Part shown: piece after piece, positions 45,910 to 55,604 of the stretch | Numbering within the stretch: position 1 is the first letter of the stretch | Layout of the letters: the number at the start of each line of letters is the position of its first letter | Assembly (NCBI GenBank): GCA_017650325.1 | Contig: JAGCFC010000166.1 | Location: forward strand, 1,131-65,130 | Source of the DNA: Salinivirgaceae bacterium | GTDB lineage: Bacteria > Bacteroidota > Bacteroidia > Bacteroidales > SZUA-534 | Direction of reading: 5' to 3' | DNA: 64,000 bases | Position numbers and translations under genes: made by a program | The notes under the pieces: generated by a model | Told to the model about the DNA's origin: nothing | The model's database searches: none | The model's input: the letters and a program-made list of their open reading frames with translations, nothing else

Positions 45910-47364
45910 ATGTCAGAATTTATTTCAATAAAAAACTACCGCCCGCGTGTTGATGATGGGATTTTTCCTGAGCCAATCAACTGGGAGATACGTGAAGGCG
46001 AGGTTTGGACCATTGTGGGAGACAACGCCAGCGGCAAGACAACGATGGCGAACATCTTGCGAGGCAAGTTTTTTGCCGATGAAGGCGAGATTATCTATCA
46101 TTTTCTTGAAGCCATCCGCACGTCTGAATATCAGACACTTTGGCCGGACAAGTTCATCAAAACCGTCAATTTCAAATCGGCCTATTCAACGTCTGATTTC
46201 AAGCAGATGTACTATCAGCAACGGTTTCACAGCACCGAAGTTGATGAGTGTCCGTTTCTGTCGGAGATGTTCAAACCATCACAGATTGAGGAACTTAACG
46301 GCAATCCGCTTTTCCGCTCGCTGAACATCCAATCATTACTTAATCGCCGCATAATACACTTGTCGAGTGGCGAGATGCGCCGAATGATTATCGCGAAAGC
46401 TCTGATTGACAAGCCGCGAATGCTGATTTTCGACAATCCGTTTAACGGGCTCGATGTCAAGATGGTGCCGCAGGTCGATGAGTTGCTGTCGAGTTTGCCG
46501 CAAACGGGCGTGCAGATAATGTTCATCAGCCCCACCGCCGACCGCATTCCATCGTGCACAACACATATTCTGCAACTAACAGGCTGTCGGATAACTTATT
46601 GCGGACCAGTGTCAAAGTTTAAGCCGCAGCCCGAAACGTTGCCAACGGCGCCAGCAATCGACTGGAATCGCATTCCGGCCATCGAGCCGTCGCTGAGCGA
46701 AACGATTGTCGAAATGCGCGACATCGAAATATCTTATGGCAGTCACATTGTGCAGCAGCATCTCAACTGGACCATCAGGCGTGGCGAGAAGTGGGCGTTG
46801 CAGGGGCTTAACGGCACTGGAAAATCGACATTGTTGAGTTATATTTTTGCCGATAATCCGCAAGCCTACGCTAAAGACATTGCGCTGTTCGGCCGCCAAC
46901 GAGGCACGGGCGAGAGCATTTGGGACATCAAAAAACGCATTGGGTTTACATCGTCGGAGATGCATCTTTACTACCGCGAGCCGGTAAGCTGTTTGAAGAT
47001 TGTTGAGTCCGGATTTTTCGACAGCATCGGGCTTTACCGCACATGCATCGCCGAGCAGGAGCAGACGGCACGTTATGTGATGCAGATTGTAGGTATCAGT
47101 CATCTTGAGGAGCGCACGTTTATGAAGATATCGTCGGCGGAGCAGAGGCTGGTGCTTTTTGCGCGTACGCTGGTCAAAAATCCGGAGGTGCTGATACTTG
47201 ACGAGCCTTTCCACGGTCTCGACAATCGGAATCTGCACCGTTGCTTGGATATTGTGGCTGATTTCTGCCGCCAACCGGACAAAACTCTTGTCTTTGTGAC
47301 GCATAACGCACACGAGTTGCCTAAGTGCATCGAAAAAACACTAGAACTGAAATTTAATAGTTGA
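45910..47364 (+). CDS. ABC transporter ATP-binding protein with two nucleotide-binding domains (ModF-like, no permease nearby)
   Basis: NBD1 has GDNASGKTT, LSSGEMRRMIIAKAL and MLIFDNPFNGLD. NBD2 has GLNGTGKSTLL, ISSAEQRLVLFARTL and LILDEPFHGLD. Start set at ATG 45910 (MSEFISI..). Confidence 0.8.
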   Translation: MSEFISIKNYRPRVDDGIFPEPINWEIREGEVWTIVGDNASGKTTMANILRGKFFADEGEIIYHFLEAIRTSEYQTLWPDKFIKTVNFKSAYSTSDFKQMYYQQRFHSTEVDECPFLSEMFKPSQIEELNGNPLFRSLNIQSLLNRRIIHLSSGEMRRMIIAKALIDKPRMLIFDNPFNGLDVKMVPQVDELLSSLPQTGVQIMFISPTADRIPSCTTHILQLTGCRITYCGPVSKFKPQPETLPTAPAIDWNRIPAIEPSLSETIVEMRDIEISYGSHIVQQHLNWTIRRGEKWALQGLNGTGKSTLLSYIFADNPQAYAKDIALFGRQRGTGESIWDIKKRIGFTSSEMHLYYREPVSCLKIVESGFFDSIGLYRTCIAEQEQTARYVMQIVGISHLEERTFMKISSAEQRLVLFARTLVKNPEVLILDEPFHGLDNRNLHRCLDIVADFCRQPDKTLVFVTHNAHELPKCIEKTLELKFNS

Positions 47365-47365
47365 A

Positions 47366-47953
47366 ATGGCTGATATAAAGTTTATTACCGATAGATATAA
47401 AGTTGTTCTGGCGTCGAAATCGCCACGTCGTCAGGCACTTCTGAAAGAGATTGTGCCCGAATTCTCGATTATGCTACGCGATACGGCTGAGACCTATCCG
47501 CCGACGCTAGTAGGTGGGCAGATAGTTGAGCATCTGGCAATGCTCAAAGCATCGGCATTCGATGGTGAGTTAGATGACAATCAGCTGCTCATTACGGCCG
47601 ATACCATTGTTTGGATTGACAATATGGTTCTTGGCAAGCCGAAGGACAGGAGTGAGGCAATCGATATGTTGAAGCGCCTTTCGGGCCGCCGCCATACAGT
47701 TTACACGGGTGTGTGTGTCAAAACAACCAATAAAACCAAAGTGTTCAACGTGGCTACAGATGTCTTTTTCCGTCAGCTTGACGACAGCGAGATAGCCTAC
47801 TATGTCGACAATTACAAGCCATTCGACAAGGCAGGCTCGTACGGCGTTCAGGAATGGATTGGCTATGTGGGGGTTGAGCGCATCGAAGGTTCGTACTTCA
47901 ATGTCATGGGACTTCCGGTGCAGCGGCTCTATCAGGAATTGAAAGAGTTTTAA
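47366..47953 (+). CDS. maf: Maf-like nucleoside triphosphate pyrophosphatase
   Basis: VVLASKSPRRQALLKEI.., ITADTIV.., GKP.., AGSYGVQE motifs typical of the Maf/YhdE family. Confidence 0.85.
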   Translation: MADIKFITDRYKVVLASKSPRRQALLKEIVPEFSIMLRDTAETYPPTLVGGQIVEHLAMLKASAFDGELDDNQLLITADTIVWIDNMVLGKPKDRSEAIDMLKRLSGRRHTVYTGVCVKTTNKTKVFNVATDVFFRQLDDSEIAYYVDNYKPFDKAGSYGVQEWIGYVGVERIEGSYFNVMGLPVQRLYQELKEF

Positions 47954-48096
47954 GTTCAACAGGCTGTTCGCGAAATATTCTCAAAAAATTCGCGTTTGTT
48001 AGATTTATGTAGTTATTTTGCCGCAAATGCCCGCAATGGTTGAAGTTTAGGCCGGCGGGCGGTAAAATTAAGCATTCTATTCGTTAAAAAAGGAAT

Positions 48097-49461
48097 ATGA
48101 AAGTTCGCATTCTTTTGTTAGTCAGTTTGATAGCTGCGGTGTTCTATACATGCGACGACGATGGCGACTCTTACGATGTGGGCGACGTGTTTTCCGACAG
48201 TCGGTCAGTGTTGGGATATGTCGATTCGTTTTCGCTCAGATTGTCTACTATTCGGCTCGATAGTTTTATAACATCGGGCAGTAGCGACATTTTTGTGGGA
48301 TACTACAAGGACGAAAAGGTAGGGAATGTACTTCCGGAAACATATCTGCCGATAATCTTTTCTTCGAAAACCAACATACCAGAGGATTCTGAGTATGACA
48401 GCCTTGTTGTATGCTTTAAGCCCAAAGGAGGTTGGGTTGGAGACACGCTGCAACCTAAAGAAGTGAAAATTTACGAGGTGTTGGAGGAGATAAAACCCAA
48501 GCACTATGCCGACCAGCAGCAGATGTTCAACCATTGGAAACTGAACCGTAGCAATGCGGAATTGGCAACAGTAAGCCTTGAGCCTAACCCAACGCGGGGA
48601 GTCGTGTCATGGGCGCGTATGTCGGACAGTTTGGGCCAGATCTGGTTCGATATGATTGTCAATGGCGATGATGCCATGGATAGAAACGATTATTTCGAGG
48701 AGTATTTCAAAGGTATTTGCATTGTTCCGCAAACAACCAATTGCTCATGGGGCCTCGATTTTGTTACATCAAGCACAGCTATCCAGCAGTCAAAAGCGGT
48801 TGACGATGCAGTGCAATTCGAGATAAGGCTCTATTATCGAAAACCTGGTGATGATGAGGAGGGCTCGTACATGACGTTTATTGTAAACTCTTCAAATCCT
48901 TACAAATATGTGCATTTTGAGAATGACAGGTCAGGAACTCAGTTTGAAGATCTTCAAATAGACGGAGACAGGGTGTATTCCGATGAAAGCGACAATGTAT
49001 CATATATACAGACAGGCAGCGGAATGGCCTTGCGCATTGATTTTCCCACATTGGCGGGTTTGAATTCCGCATCGGAATATATGAGCGTGGTTGACGCCCG
49101 TTTGCTTATCAAGCCGAGAGAGTTTTCGTACGATGAGGAGTATCAACTTCCTTCAACGTTGTATCTCGCAATAACTGACGAGTCAAATGATTTGCATTCA
49201 AATGTCTCTAATATGGATGGCTCCATTGTAAGCTCAAATATTGGATATCTGTCCGACGGCCAGCCTTATTATGTATTCTCCGTACTTACATTTGTGCGAC
49301 GTTTTATTAATATGAAGATTGAGAACAGTAATAATACCTTGGCCTTGATTGTTTTGCCATCCGATCTGGAGAACTCATCTTCGTTTAAACGACTTGTCGT
49401 TGATGACAATAACAAGTTCGCTGAGAACGCCCTACTACAAATTTATTATGTAACATACTGA
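48097..49461 (+). CDS. Putative lipoprotein, function unknown (possibly DUF4270-like)
   Basis: Signal with Cys (LIAAVFYTC). 454 aa with no catalytic motif I recognise. The family guess is from memory only. Confidence 0.45.
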   Translation: MKVRILLLVSLIAAVFYTCDDDGDSYDVGDVFSDSRSVLGYVDSFSLRLSTIRLDSFITSGSSDIFVGYYKDEKVGNVLPETYLPIIFSSKTNIPEDSEYDSLVVCFKPKGGWVGDTLQPKEVKIYEVLEEIKPKHYADQQQMFNHWKLNRSNAELATVSLEPNPTRGVVSWARMSDSLGQIWFDMIVNGDDAMDRNDYFEEYFKGICIVPQTTNCSWGLDFVTSSTAIQQSKAVDDAVQFEIRLYYRKPGDDEEGSYMTFIVNSSNPYKYVHFENDRSGTQFEDLQIDGDRVYSDESDNVSYIQTGSGMALRIDFPTLAGLNSASEYMSVVDARLLIKPREFSYDEEYQLPSTLYLAITDESNDLHSNVSNMDGSIVSSNIGYLSDGQPYYVFSVLTFVRRFINMKIENSNNTLALIVLPSDLENSSSFKRLVVDDNNKFAENALLQIYYVTY

Positions 49462-49463
49462 TT

Positions 49464-50714
49464 ATGCGTTGTTCTGTTAAAATAATTTGCTTGTTGATGT
49501 TTTCATTTGTTGGTGGGGCTGTGGCGCAGAACAACACTATATCTCCGTATTCAAAATATGGAATAGGTTTGTATGAACAAACGGGATATGGCCGTAACAT
49601 ATCAATGGGCGGTACGGGAATTGGACTCAGGTCAGCCAACAACGTCAATAATATCAATCCGGCATCGTATGCGTCGATCGATTCAACAATGGTGTTGTTT
49701 GATATAGGGTTGCACCTTGATTATGAGTACATTGAGACGCATCTTGACTCTGGTGATAAACTTAATGGCAATATTTCTTACTTCTCATTGACAATGGCTC
49801 CTAATAATAATTTAGGAATATCGTTTGGAATATCGCCATACACGAGCGTAGGCTATACCATTAGGTCGATTGAATATATTTCGGGCGGAGGCCAGGATAA
49901 ATATATGTCATATGTTGAGGGAATTGGCGGATTGACTCGCGTTTACGCTGGTTTTGGCGCCAATTTGCTGAAAAACACATCGATTGGAATGAATGTGTCG
50001 GTGCTTTTCGGCCCTAAGACAGAGCGCCAGTCGCTTGCATTGTCTGCAGCTGATAATTTCTCAATTTACACTGAGACATCGGATTATTACCATGGGGGTA
50101 AATTGGATTTCGGATTGCAGCAGACAATTCCATTGTCAAAAGAAAAAAGTCTGACCATAGGAGCAATTGCCAGCACTCCCGGAATATTGGATTGTGAGCG
50201 TGTCACATTGGCAACCAACACTTTCTATCGCATCGGTTATATCGATACAATATACTTCGACAACGATGATTATGACCGTATCACAACCTTGCCAGCCACC
50301 TTCGGTGCCGGATTGTCTTATAAATCGGGAAGGTTTACCATTGCGGGCGATTTCAATTACAACCCTTTATCGAAGTTCGATGTGGCTGATTTGCGCACGA
50401 AACTAATTGATAACAAGTCGTTTTGCCTTGGTGCTGAATATATTCCCAAGCAATTGGGCCGAAAGTTTGATTTGGTTTTCCGTGGAGGCGCCGGATTCGA
50501 TTCGGGAACAACAAAAATTGACAGTTATGTGCTGAAATCGTATAGGATTTCGGCTGGTGTTGGGTTCAAAATACACTCCATACGGTTTAATACCTATTGT
50601 ATGTACAAACGTCAGGGCACACTCGACAACCTTCTTGTGCTCGACCAGTCATTGCAATTTGGTCTCAATCTGACGTATATCGACTACTGGTTCCAAAAAC
50701 GCCGTTTCTATTAA
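49464..50714 (+). CDS. Outer-membrane beta-barrel protein, function unknown
   Basis: Signal peptide ([10 protein letters not shown]), N-terminal [10 protein letters not shown] motif, alternating amphipathic strand pattern and an aromatic C-terminus (..KRRFY). It starts 2 nt after the preceding gene, and its stop overlaps the rnhB start. Confidence 0.55.
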   Translation: MRCSVKIICLLMFSFVGGAVAQNNTISPYSKYGIGLYEQTGYGRNISMGGTGIGLRSANNVNNINPASYASIDSTMVLFDIGLHLDYEYIETHLDSGDKLNGNISYFSLTMAPNNNLGISFGISPYTSVGYTIRSIEYISGGGQDKYMSYVEGIGGLTRVYAGFGANLLKNTSIGMNVSVLFGPKTERQSLALSAADNFSIYTETSDYYHGGKLDFGLQQTIPLSKEKSLTIGAIASTPGILDCERVTLATNTFYRIGYIDTIYFDNDDYDRITTLPATFGAGLSYKSGRFTIAGDFNYNPLSKFDVADLRTKLIDNKSFCLGAEYIPKQLGRKFDLVFRGGAGFDSGTTKIDSYVLKSYRISAGVGFKIHSIRFNTYCMYKRQGTLDNLLVLDQSLQFGLNLTYIDYWFQKRRFY

Positions 50715-51313
50715 TGCTCGAACTCAATTACAGCGGATTGGCTAATGAGGCTGGCTGTGATGAGGCTGGGCGTGGATGTTTGGCGGGTCCTGTGTTTGCC
50801 GCCGCTGTCATCCTTCCTGAGGGATTCTCTAACGACAAATTGAACGATTCGAAGCAGATGACGGAGAAAAACAGATATTTGCTCCGCGATGTCATTATGC
50901 GTGAGGCAAAGGCTTATGCTGTTGCCAAACTCGATGCCGCAAAAATCGATGAGATAAATATCTTGAACGCCTCAATAGCTTCAATGCATCTTGCACTTGA
51001 CCAATTGGTTGTGCGACCGGAGTTTGTAATTGTCGATGGTAATCGCTTCCGCAAATATCAGGATGTTCCGCATCAGACAATTGTTAAAGGCGATGGAAAA
51101 TATCTGTCGATTGCTGCAGCGTCAGTACTGGCAAAAACTTTCCGTGACGATTTTATGAAGCAGATTGACAAGGAATTTCCGCAATACAATTGGGCCAAGA
51201 ACAAAGGTTACCCTACAGCCGACCACCGTGCGGCTATAGCCAAGTATGGTGTCACCCCTTACCACCGGCGTTCGTTTCGTTTGCTGGATATGCAATTGAA
51301 ATTTGATTTTTAG
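50714..51313 (+). CDS. rnhB: Ribonuclease HII
   Basis: [32 protein letters not shown] and VIVDGN motifs. Start set at ATG 50714 (MLELNYSG..), overlapping the upstream stop (TAATG). Confidence 0.9.
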   Translation: MLELNYSGLANEAGCDEAGRGCLAGPVFAAAVILPEGFSNDKLNDSKQMTEKNRYLLRDVIMREAKAYAVAKLDAAKIDEINILNASIASMHLALDQLVVRPEFVIVDGNRFRKYQDVPHQTIVKGDGKYLSIAAASVLAKTFRDDFMKQIDKEFPQYNWAKNKGYPTADHRAAIAKYGVTPYHRRSFRLLDMQLKFDF

Positions 51314-51412
51314 CAAATTGCCTGTTGGCTGGCGATTGCGGGTCAGTTTAATCCGAAACTTTTATTTCAAGAACTTCCACATTGAGTAGGTGGACCTTTT
51401 GTGAGGCTAAAA

Positions 51413-52636
51413 CTATTTGAAAATCAACGTTGAGAATTCGTTGTCATTGAGTGTTTCGTTTGCAACTTCAAGGAGATCGGAACTTGTGAAGTTGTTGATT
51501 TTCTCGCAAATCTCGCTCAATGGATCGATGGTGTCGAAAAGTAGGCTGCTGCGGCCTAGATTCAGCATAAGGCCAGAGTAATTCTCGGTGCTTATGGCCA
51601 GTTGTCCGATCATTTGCTTTTTTGCGCGGTCGAGTTGCAGAACTCCCATCCGTTCTTCACGGAGACGGCGCAGTTCGCGGCGTATGATGGTAAGGCAGCG
51701 GTCTATTTTCTCGTAGTCGGTGCCAAAATAAATCCCGAAAGTACCAGTATCGGTATATGGGGTGTAAAACGACTCGATGTTGTATGTGTAGCCATGTTTT
51801 TCGCGCAGTGCGAGGTTCAACCTGCAATTCATTCCGGGACCGCCCAATGTGTTGTTTATCAACTCAAATGCCAGTCTGTTCTGATGGTCGGTGGGGTAGG
51901 CGCGGTTCCCGAAAATGCAGTGCGACTGGTGAGTTTCGAGGTCAACCTCGAGCATGTGCGGGGAATATGGATTGACGGGTGTCCGCGTGAAATCACGTTT
52001 TTTTGTGGCGATAGGGCCAAAATAGCGTTCGGCAAGCCGCACAATGGTTTTGAAATCAACGGGTCCCACCGAGCAGATTGCAATTTGGTCGGTGTTGTAT
52101 GTGCGCTCGATGAACCGCAAAATGTCAGTGTGGTTATATCGGGCAATCGATTCGGGCGTTCCAAGAATATTGCGACCAATGGTGTGTCCGCTGAAAATCA
52201 GGTCCTCAAAATCATCGAAAATAAGGTCGCCTGGCGAGTCTTTGTACGAATTTATCTCATCCACAATCACTTCTTTCTCTTTTTCGCATTCGTGGTCGGG
52301 GAAAATGGAATTGAAAATGATGTCGGAGAAAAGTTCCATGGCGCGGCCATAGTAGTCTTTCAGAAAAGTGGCGTAAACGCAGGTCTCCTCTTTTGTTGTG
52401 TAGGCGTCAATCTCGCCACCGACATTCTCAAGGCAGCTTATAACATTGTATGCCTTGCGTTTGCGTGTGCCTTTGAAAATCACATGCTCGATCATGTGGG
52501 CGATGCCGTGCTCGTTTTCAAGCTCATCGCGCGAGCCGGTATTTATCACAACACCCATGTGAGCCACTTGTGTGGCTGATTGGCTGTGGATTACCCGGAT
52601 TCCGTTGCTTAACCTATGATATTCGTATTCGGCCAA
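51413..52636 (-). CDS. M16 family (pitrilysin/insulinase-like) zinc peptidase
   Basis: HxxEH zinc motif in GIAHMIEHVIFKGT. N-terminus ..YHRLSNGIRVIH is typical of the M16 family. The only start candidate after the upstream in-frame stop is a TTG at 52636. Confidence 0.85.
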   Translation of the reverse strand: MAEYEYHRLSNGIRVIHSQSATQVAHMGVVINTGSRDELENEHGIAHMIEHVIFKGTRKRKAYNVISCLENVGGEIDAYTTKEETCVYATFLKDYYGRAMELFSDIIFNSIFPDHECEKEKEVIVDEINSYKDSPGDLIFDDFEDLIFSGHTIGRNILGTPESIARYNHTDILRFIERTYNTDQIAICSVGPVDFKTIVRLAERYFGPIATKKRDFTRTPVNPYSPHMLEVDLETHQSHCIFGNRAYPTDHQNRLAFELINNTLGGPGMNCRLNLALREKHGYTYNIESFYTPYTDTGTFGIYFGTDYEKIDRCLTIIRRELRRLREERMGVLQLDRAKKQMIGQLAISTENYSGLMLNLGRSSLLFDTIDPLSEICEKINNFTSSDLLEVANETLNDNEFSTLIFK

Positions 52637-52659
52637 AACCTTGTTTTTTTAACGAGCCG

Positions 52660-52667
52660 CAAAAGTA
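52660..52667 (-). promoter_or_regulatory. Candidate -7 promoter box (TACTTTTG on minus strand)
   Basis: TAnnTTTG match 23 nt upstream of the M16 start. Confidence 0.45.
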
Positions 52668-52760
52668 TAGATTTTTTGGAAAAAGAAGATTAAATGGCAA
52701 AAAGGCGTCGCGATAAGTCATTGACCAATCGTCCGAAAAACTTAAAAATGAAAACAATAC

Positions 52761-53273
52761 TTAGGCTGTTCGTTCGGGTTTCAGCAAATCGCCAACATTC
52801 TGCTTGATCAAATTGTTGTAGAACAATATGTTGAGCGACAACCCGTCTTTTTTGTCCCGTTCAATGCTGATGAAACTTTCTCCGTCGCCAATTGTCCAGA
52901 ACAAGTCATAATCATCGGCATTATAGAAATTTATGTCGGCATTGCTGCAAATGCCAGAATCGTCGAGTCCGAAAACATCGCAAATCCTTTTCGAAAGAGC
53001 CATGACAGATTCAGCTGAATAATTGTCGCAAAGCAACTTTACGTTTACAGGGTTTGAGCCGGTAATGACCTCCTTGTCGTAGAAAATCCGGAATTGCAGT
53101 CTGTCGAACAGTTCGAATTCCTTCTGTTTCAGCTCTTTTTCATACACAATCATAAATGTGGCTGGTGTTTCGATACTGTCAATCTCATTGTATTCGTCAT
53201 GGAAGAACGACGAAAGCTTGTAGTTGAAGCTATCAAAAAAAACTTCCTCACGTGTTTTACCATCCATATTCAT
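52761..53273 (-). CDS. Hypothetical cytoplasmic protein
   Basis: 170-codon ORF with no signal peptide and no motif I recognise. Start moved from the track GTG (53276) to the adjacent ATG (53273). Confidence 0.4.
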   Translation of the reverse strand: MNMDGKTREEVFFDSFNYKLSSFFHDEYNEIDSIETPATFMIVYEKELKQKEFELFDRLQFRIFYDKEVITGSNPVNVKLLCDNYSAESVMALSKRICDVFGLDDSGICSNADINFYNADDYDLFWTIGDGESFISIERDKKDGLSLNILFYNNLIKQNVGDLLKPERTA

Positions 53274-53394
53274 CACATGCCGATTTTAGCAGTTATGACA
53301 GAAAATTGCGATTAAATTGATGCTTAAAGTTATTAATTTATTGTAATGATTGTCATTCTGACTCCTAAAAACGCAAAAAAAAAGTTTAAAGGCA

Positions 53395-53428
53395 TAAAAA
53401 AAGCCGTTCCAAAACGTGTGGAACGGCT
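53395..53428 (-). terminator. Rho-independent terminator after yebC
   Basis: Stem AGCCGTTCC / GGAACGGCT (53402-53410 / 53420-53428), followed on the minus strand by a 6-7 nt T-run. Confidence 0.65.
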
Positions 53429-53448
53429 CTCTATCGTTATTCTGTTAT

Positions 53449-54159
53449 TTAGGCAATGTTTGTGTAAACAGCCTGAACGTCGTCATCCTCCTCAAGTTTC
53501 TCAATCAGTTTGTCGATGTCGGCAATCTGCTCTTCGGTGAACTCAACCGGATTCTGAGGGAAACGTTGCAGAGTGGCTTTCTTAATCTCGATTCCAGCCT
53601 TCTCGATGGCTTGGGTGAGGTTGCCAAATTCGGTGTATTCGGCGTAAGCGTAAACGGTGTTCTCGTCAACGTCGAAATTCTCCAAACCGGCGTCAATCAG
53701 TTCAAGCTCAAGGTCTTCGAGGTTGATGTCGGGTTTCTTCTCGAACTCAATCACAGCCTTGCGCGAGAACATGAACTCGAGCGAGCCTGTCGGGACCAAA
53801 CCGCCGTCATGCTTGTTGAAATACGATTTCACATTGGCAACTGTGCGGGTTGTGTTGTCGGTCATGCACTCCACAAATACCAAAACTCCGTGAGGTCCTT
53901 TGCCCTCGTAGTTCACTTCGGTGTATGCGTCAACGTCTTTGCCGGCTGCACGTTTGATGGCGGCATCGATGTTGTCTTTAGGCATGTTCTCGGCCTTGGC
54001 ATTCTGAATGGCGGTCCTCAGTTTCGGGTTCATGTCAGGGTCCATTCCACCCTCTTTTGCTGCTGCTGTAATTTGTTTCGCCAATTTCGGGAACATTCTG
54101 GACATGTGTCCCCAACGTTTTTCTTTGGCGGCTCTACGGTATTCAAACGCGCGTCCCAT
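53449..54159 (-). CDS. yebC: YebC/PmpR family DNA-binding regulatory protein
   Basis: N-terminus [71 protein letters not shown] is the family signature. Confidence 0.9.
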   Translation of the reverse strand: MGRAFEYRRAAKEKRWGHMSRMFPKLAKQITAAAKEGGMDPDMNPKLRTAIQNAKAENMPKDNIDAAIKRAAGKDVDAYTEVNYEGKGPHGVLVFVECMTDNTTRTVANVKSYFNKHDGGLVPTGSLEFMFSRKAVIEFEKKPDINLEDLELELIDAGLENFDVDENTVYAYAEYTEFGNLTQAIEKAGIEIKKATLQRFPQNPVEFTEEQIADIDKLIEKLEEDDDVQAVYTNIA

Positions 54160-54199
54160 ATTGTATCAGTTTTATTTCAAAAATTTTTGTTAACGGCCG

Positions 54200-54207
54200 C
54201 AAAAGTA
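54200..54207 (-). promoter_or_regulatory. Candidate -7 promoter box (TACTTTTG on minus strand)
   Basis: TAnnTTTG match 40 nt upstream of ATG 54159. Confidence 0.45.
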
Positions 54208-54308
54208 ATTTTTTTTTGCAGAAAATAACAAGAACTGAAAGCCCTGATTTAGAAGTTCGGCACAAAGCTTTTTCGTTAGTGTTATCTTTATCGTCAGTGA
54301 TAACGTTC

Positions 54309-55280
54309 CTATACCACAAACTCTATTATCTGCCGCGCCAGAACCGAATATAGCACGCCGGCCAGCATCACAATCTTCATCAAAGAGCTTATGCGGTGAT
54401 AGTGCTTCACCTCACTGGCTGTGATGGTCATTACTGCGGCAACAACAAGCGGCACTATTATGAAAACACATATATATATAAGTGTGAGCGATTCGTGCAG
54501 CCAGATGTTGTAAACGGCGAGCATGGCGGCAATTGTTGCAGCTATCAGTACTACCACAACTATTTTCGACACTCGCATTCCGTAGTATAGTGGCAGAGTG
54601 TTGCAGCCGCAGGTGCTGTCGCCCTCAAGGTCTTCCATGTCTTTCACAATCTCGCGTATCAGATTGGTAATGAATGCGAAAAATGCAAATCCGGCCATCC
54701 AGTACATTATCGGCATGAATGACAGATCTTTGAGCAACATCTCATAGCCATACTCGCGGGTGAGTGTAAGGTACTCGAATAGTCCTACCTGGAGCGGGAT
54801 GGTGGCTGTTCCGCAGGCTACCACAAGGTTGCCCACCAGAAACTGACGTTTGTAGGTGGTTGAGTACAGCCAGAAAATGCCGGCAATCATAATATAGAGA
54901 AGCACTATCGAAAACATTTTCATGTGCCATGCGAAAATGCCAGCCAGAACAATTGCGGATGCCACAAGAGCAATGTGGTATACCATGGCGTGGCGTCGGG
55001 GAATGGTTTTGTCAACTATCACACTGTCGGGGCGGTTCACGCTGTCGATGCGGCGGTCGAAATAGTCATTGATCACATATCCGCCCGCACCCAGAAGCAC
55101 GTTAATCATCACTAGTGCAAGAAAATAGCAGTCGGGTAACTGAAATCGCAGGTGTGACCCAAATTGAATCGAAAACTGATAGTCGAGCATTGGCTGAATA
55201 ATGCAGTAGCGCATCAGATACATTGTAAGTGGCACCATTAGCAGGTTTGGCCACCTTATTATCGACAAGTACTTACCCAT
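54309..55280 (-). CDS. UbiA family prenyltransferase
   Basis: Polytopic membrane protein with the Asp-rich motif VINDYFDRRIDSVNRP (NxxxDxxxD). Start set at ATG 55280 (MGKYLSIIRWPNLL..). Confidence 0.75.
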   Translation of the reverse strand: MGKYLSIIRWPNLLMVPLTMYLMRYCIIQPMLDYQFSIQFGSHLRFQLPDCYFLALVMINVLLGAGGYVINDYFDRRIDSVNRPDSVIVDKTIPRRHAMVYHIALVASAIVLAGIFAWHMKMFSIVLLYIMIAGIFWLYSTTYKRQFLVGNLVVACGTATIPLQVGLFEYLTLTREYGYEMLLKDLSFMPIMYWMAGFAFFAFITNLIREIVKDMEDLEGDSTCGCNTLPLYYGMRVSKIVVVVLIAATIAAMLAVYNIWLHESLTLIYICVFIIVPLVVAAVMTITASEVKHYHRISSLMKIVMLAGVLYSVLARQIIEFVV

Positions 55281-55335
55281 TTTTGTTATTATTATAGATG
55301 CAAATGTGCGATTTATTGACGAAGCAAACAATTGT

Positions 55336-55363
55336 TTAATGATTAATGATTAATGATTAATGG
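55336..55363. repeat. Heptanucleotide tandem array, 4 units (TTAATGA x3, TTAATGG)
   Basis: Read directly. By hand check the array places stop codons in all six reading frames. Confidence 0.85.
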
Positions 55364-55373
55364 TAAGAGGCAA

Positions 55374-55401
55374 GTGTTTAGAGTTTAGGATTTAGAATGT
55401 T
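55374..55401. repeat. Degenerate heptanucleotide array, 4 units (GTGTTTA GAGTTTA GGATTTA GAATGTT)
   Basis: Read directly. Period 7, three GnnTTTA units plus one degenerate unit. Confidence 0.65.
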
Positions 55402-55561
55402 TGGCACTGTGTTGTTTACCAAATGGTTCGCTCTTCCATAGCGTTTTCTTATGTGGGTATGCCGACTGGCGGCTGCGCTTTGCTTGCGGCCGGTTATGCA
55501 GATTAAGTCCTCCGGACTTTTTCCTGTCAATTGCTATTAATAACCAAATGTTTGGTCGGAT

Positions 55562-55589
55562 AATCAAAAATCAAAAATCAAAAATAATC
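55562..55589. repeat. Heptanucleotide tandem array, 4 units (AATCAAA x3, AATAATC)
   Basis: Read directly. Confidence 0.8.
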
Positions 55590-55604
55590 TGTGTTCTATA
55601 TCTT

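Noticed and set aside
46612-47313. 233-aa ORF on the minus strand
   Set aside because: It is antisense to the second nucleotide-binding domain of the ABC ATPase, where Walker A, the signature motif and Walker B are present on the plus strand.
51602-52579. 325-aa ORF on the plus strand
   Set aside because: It is entirely antisense to the M16 peptidase gene, which carries an unambiguous HxxEH motif. The antisense translation has no motif and a skewed composition (rich in V, G, F, A).
53416-54228. 270-aa ORF on the plus strand
   Set aside because: It is antisense to the YebC/PmpR gene, whose N-terminal signature is unmistakable. It also spans the yebC promoter and terminator.
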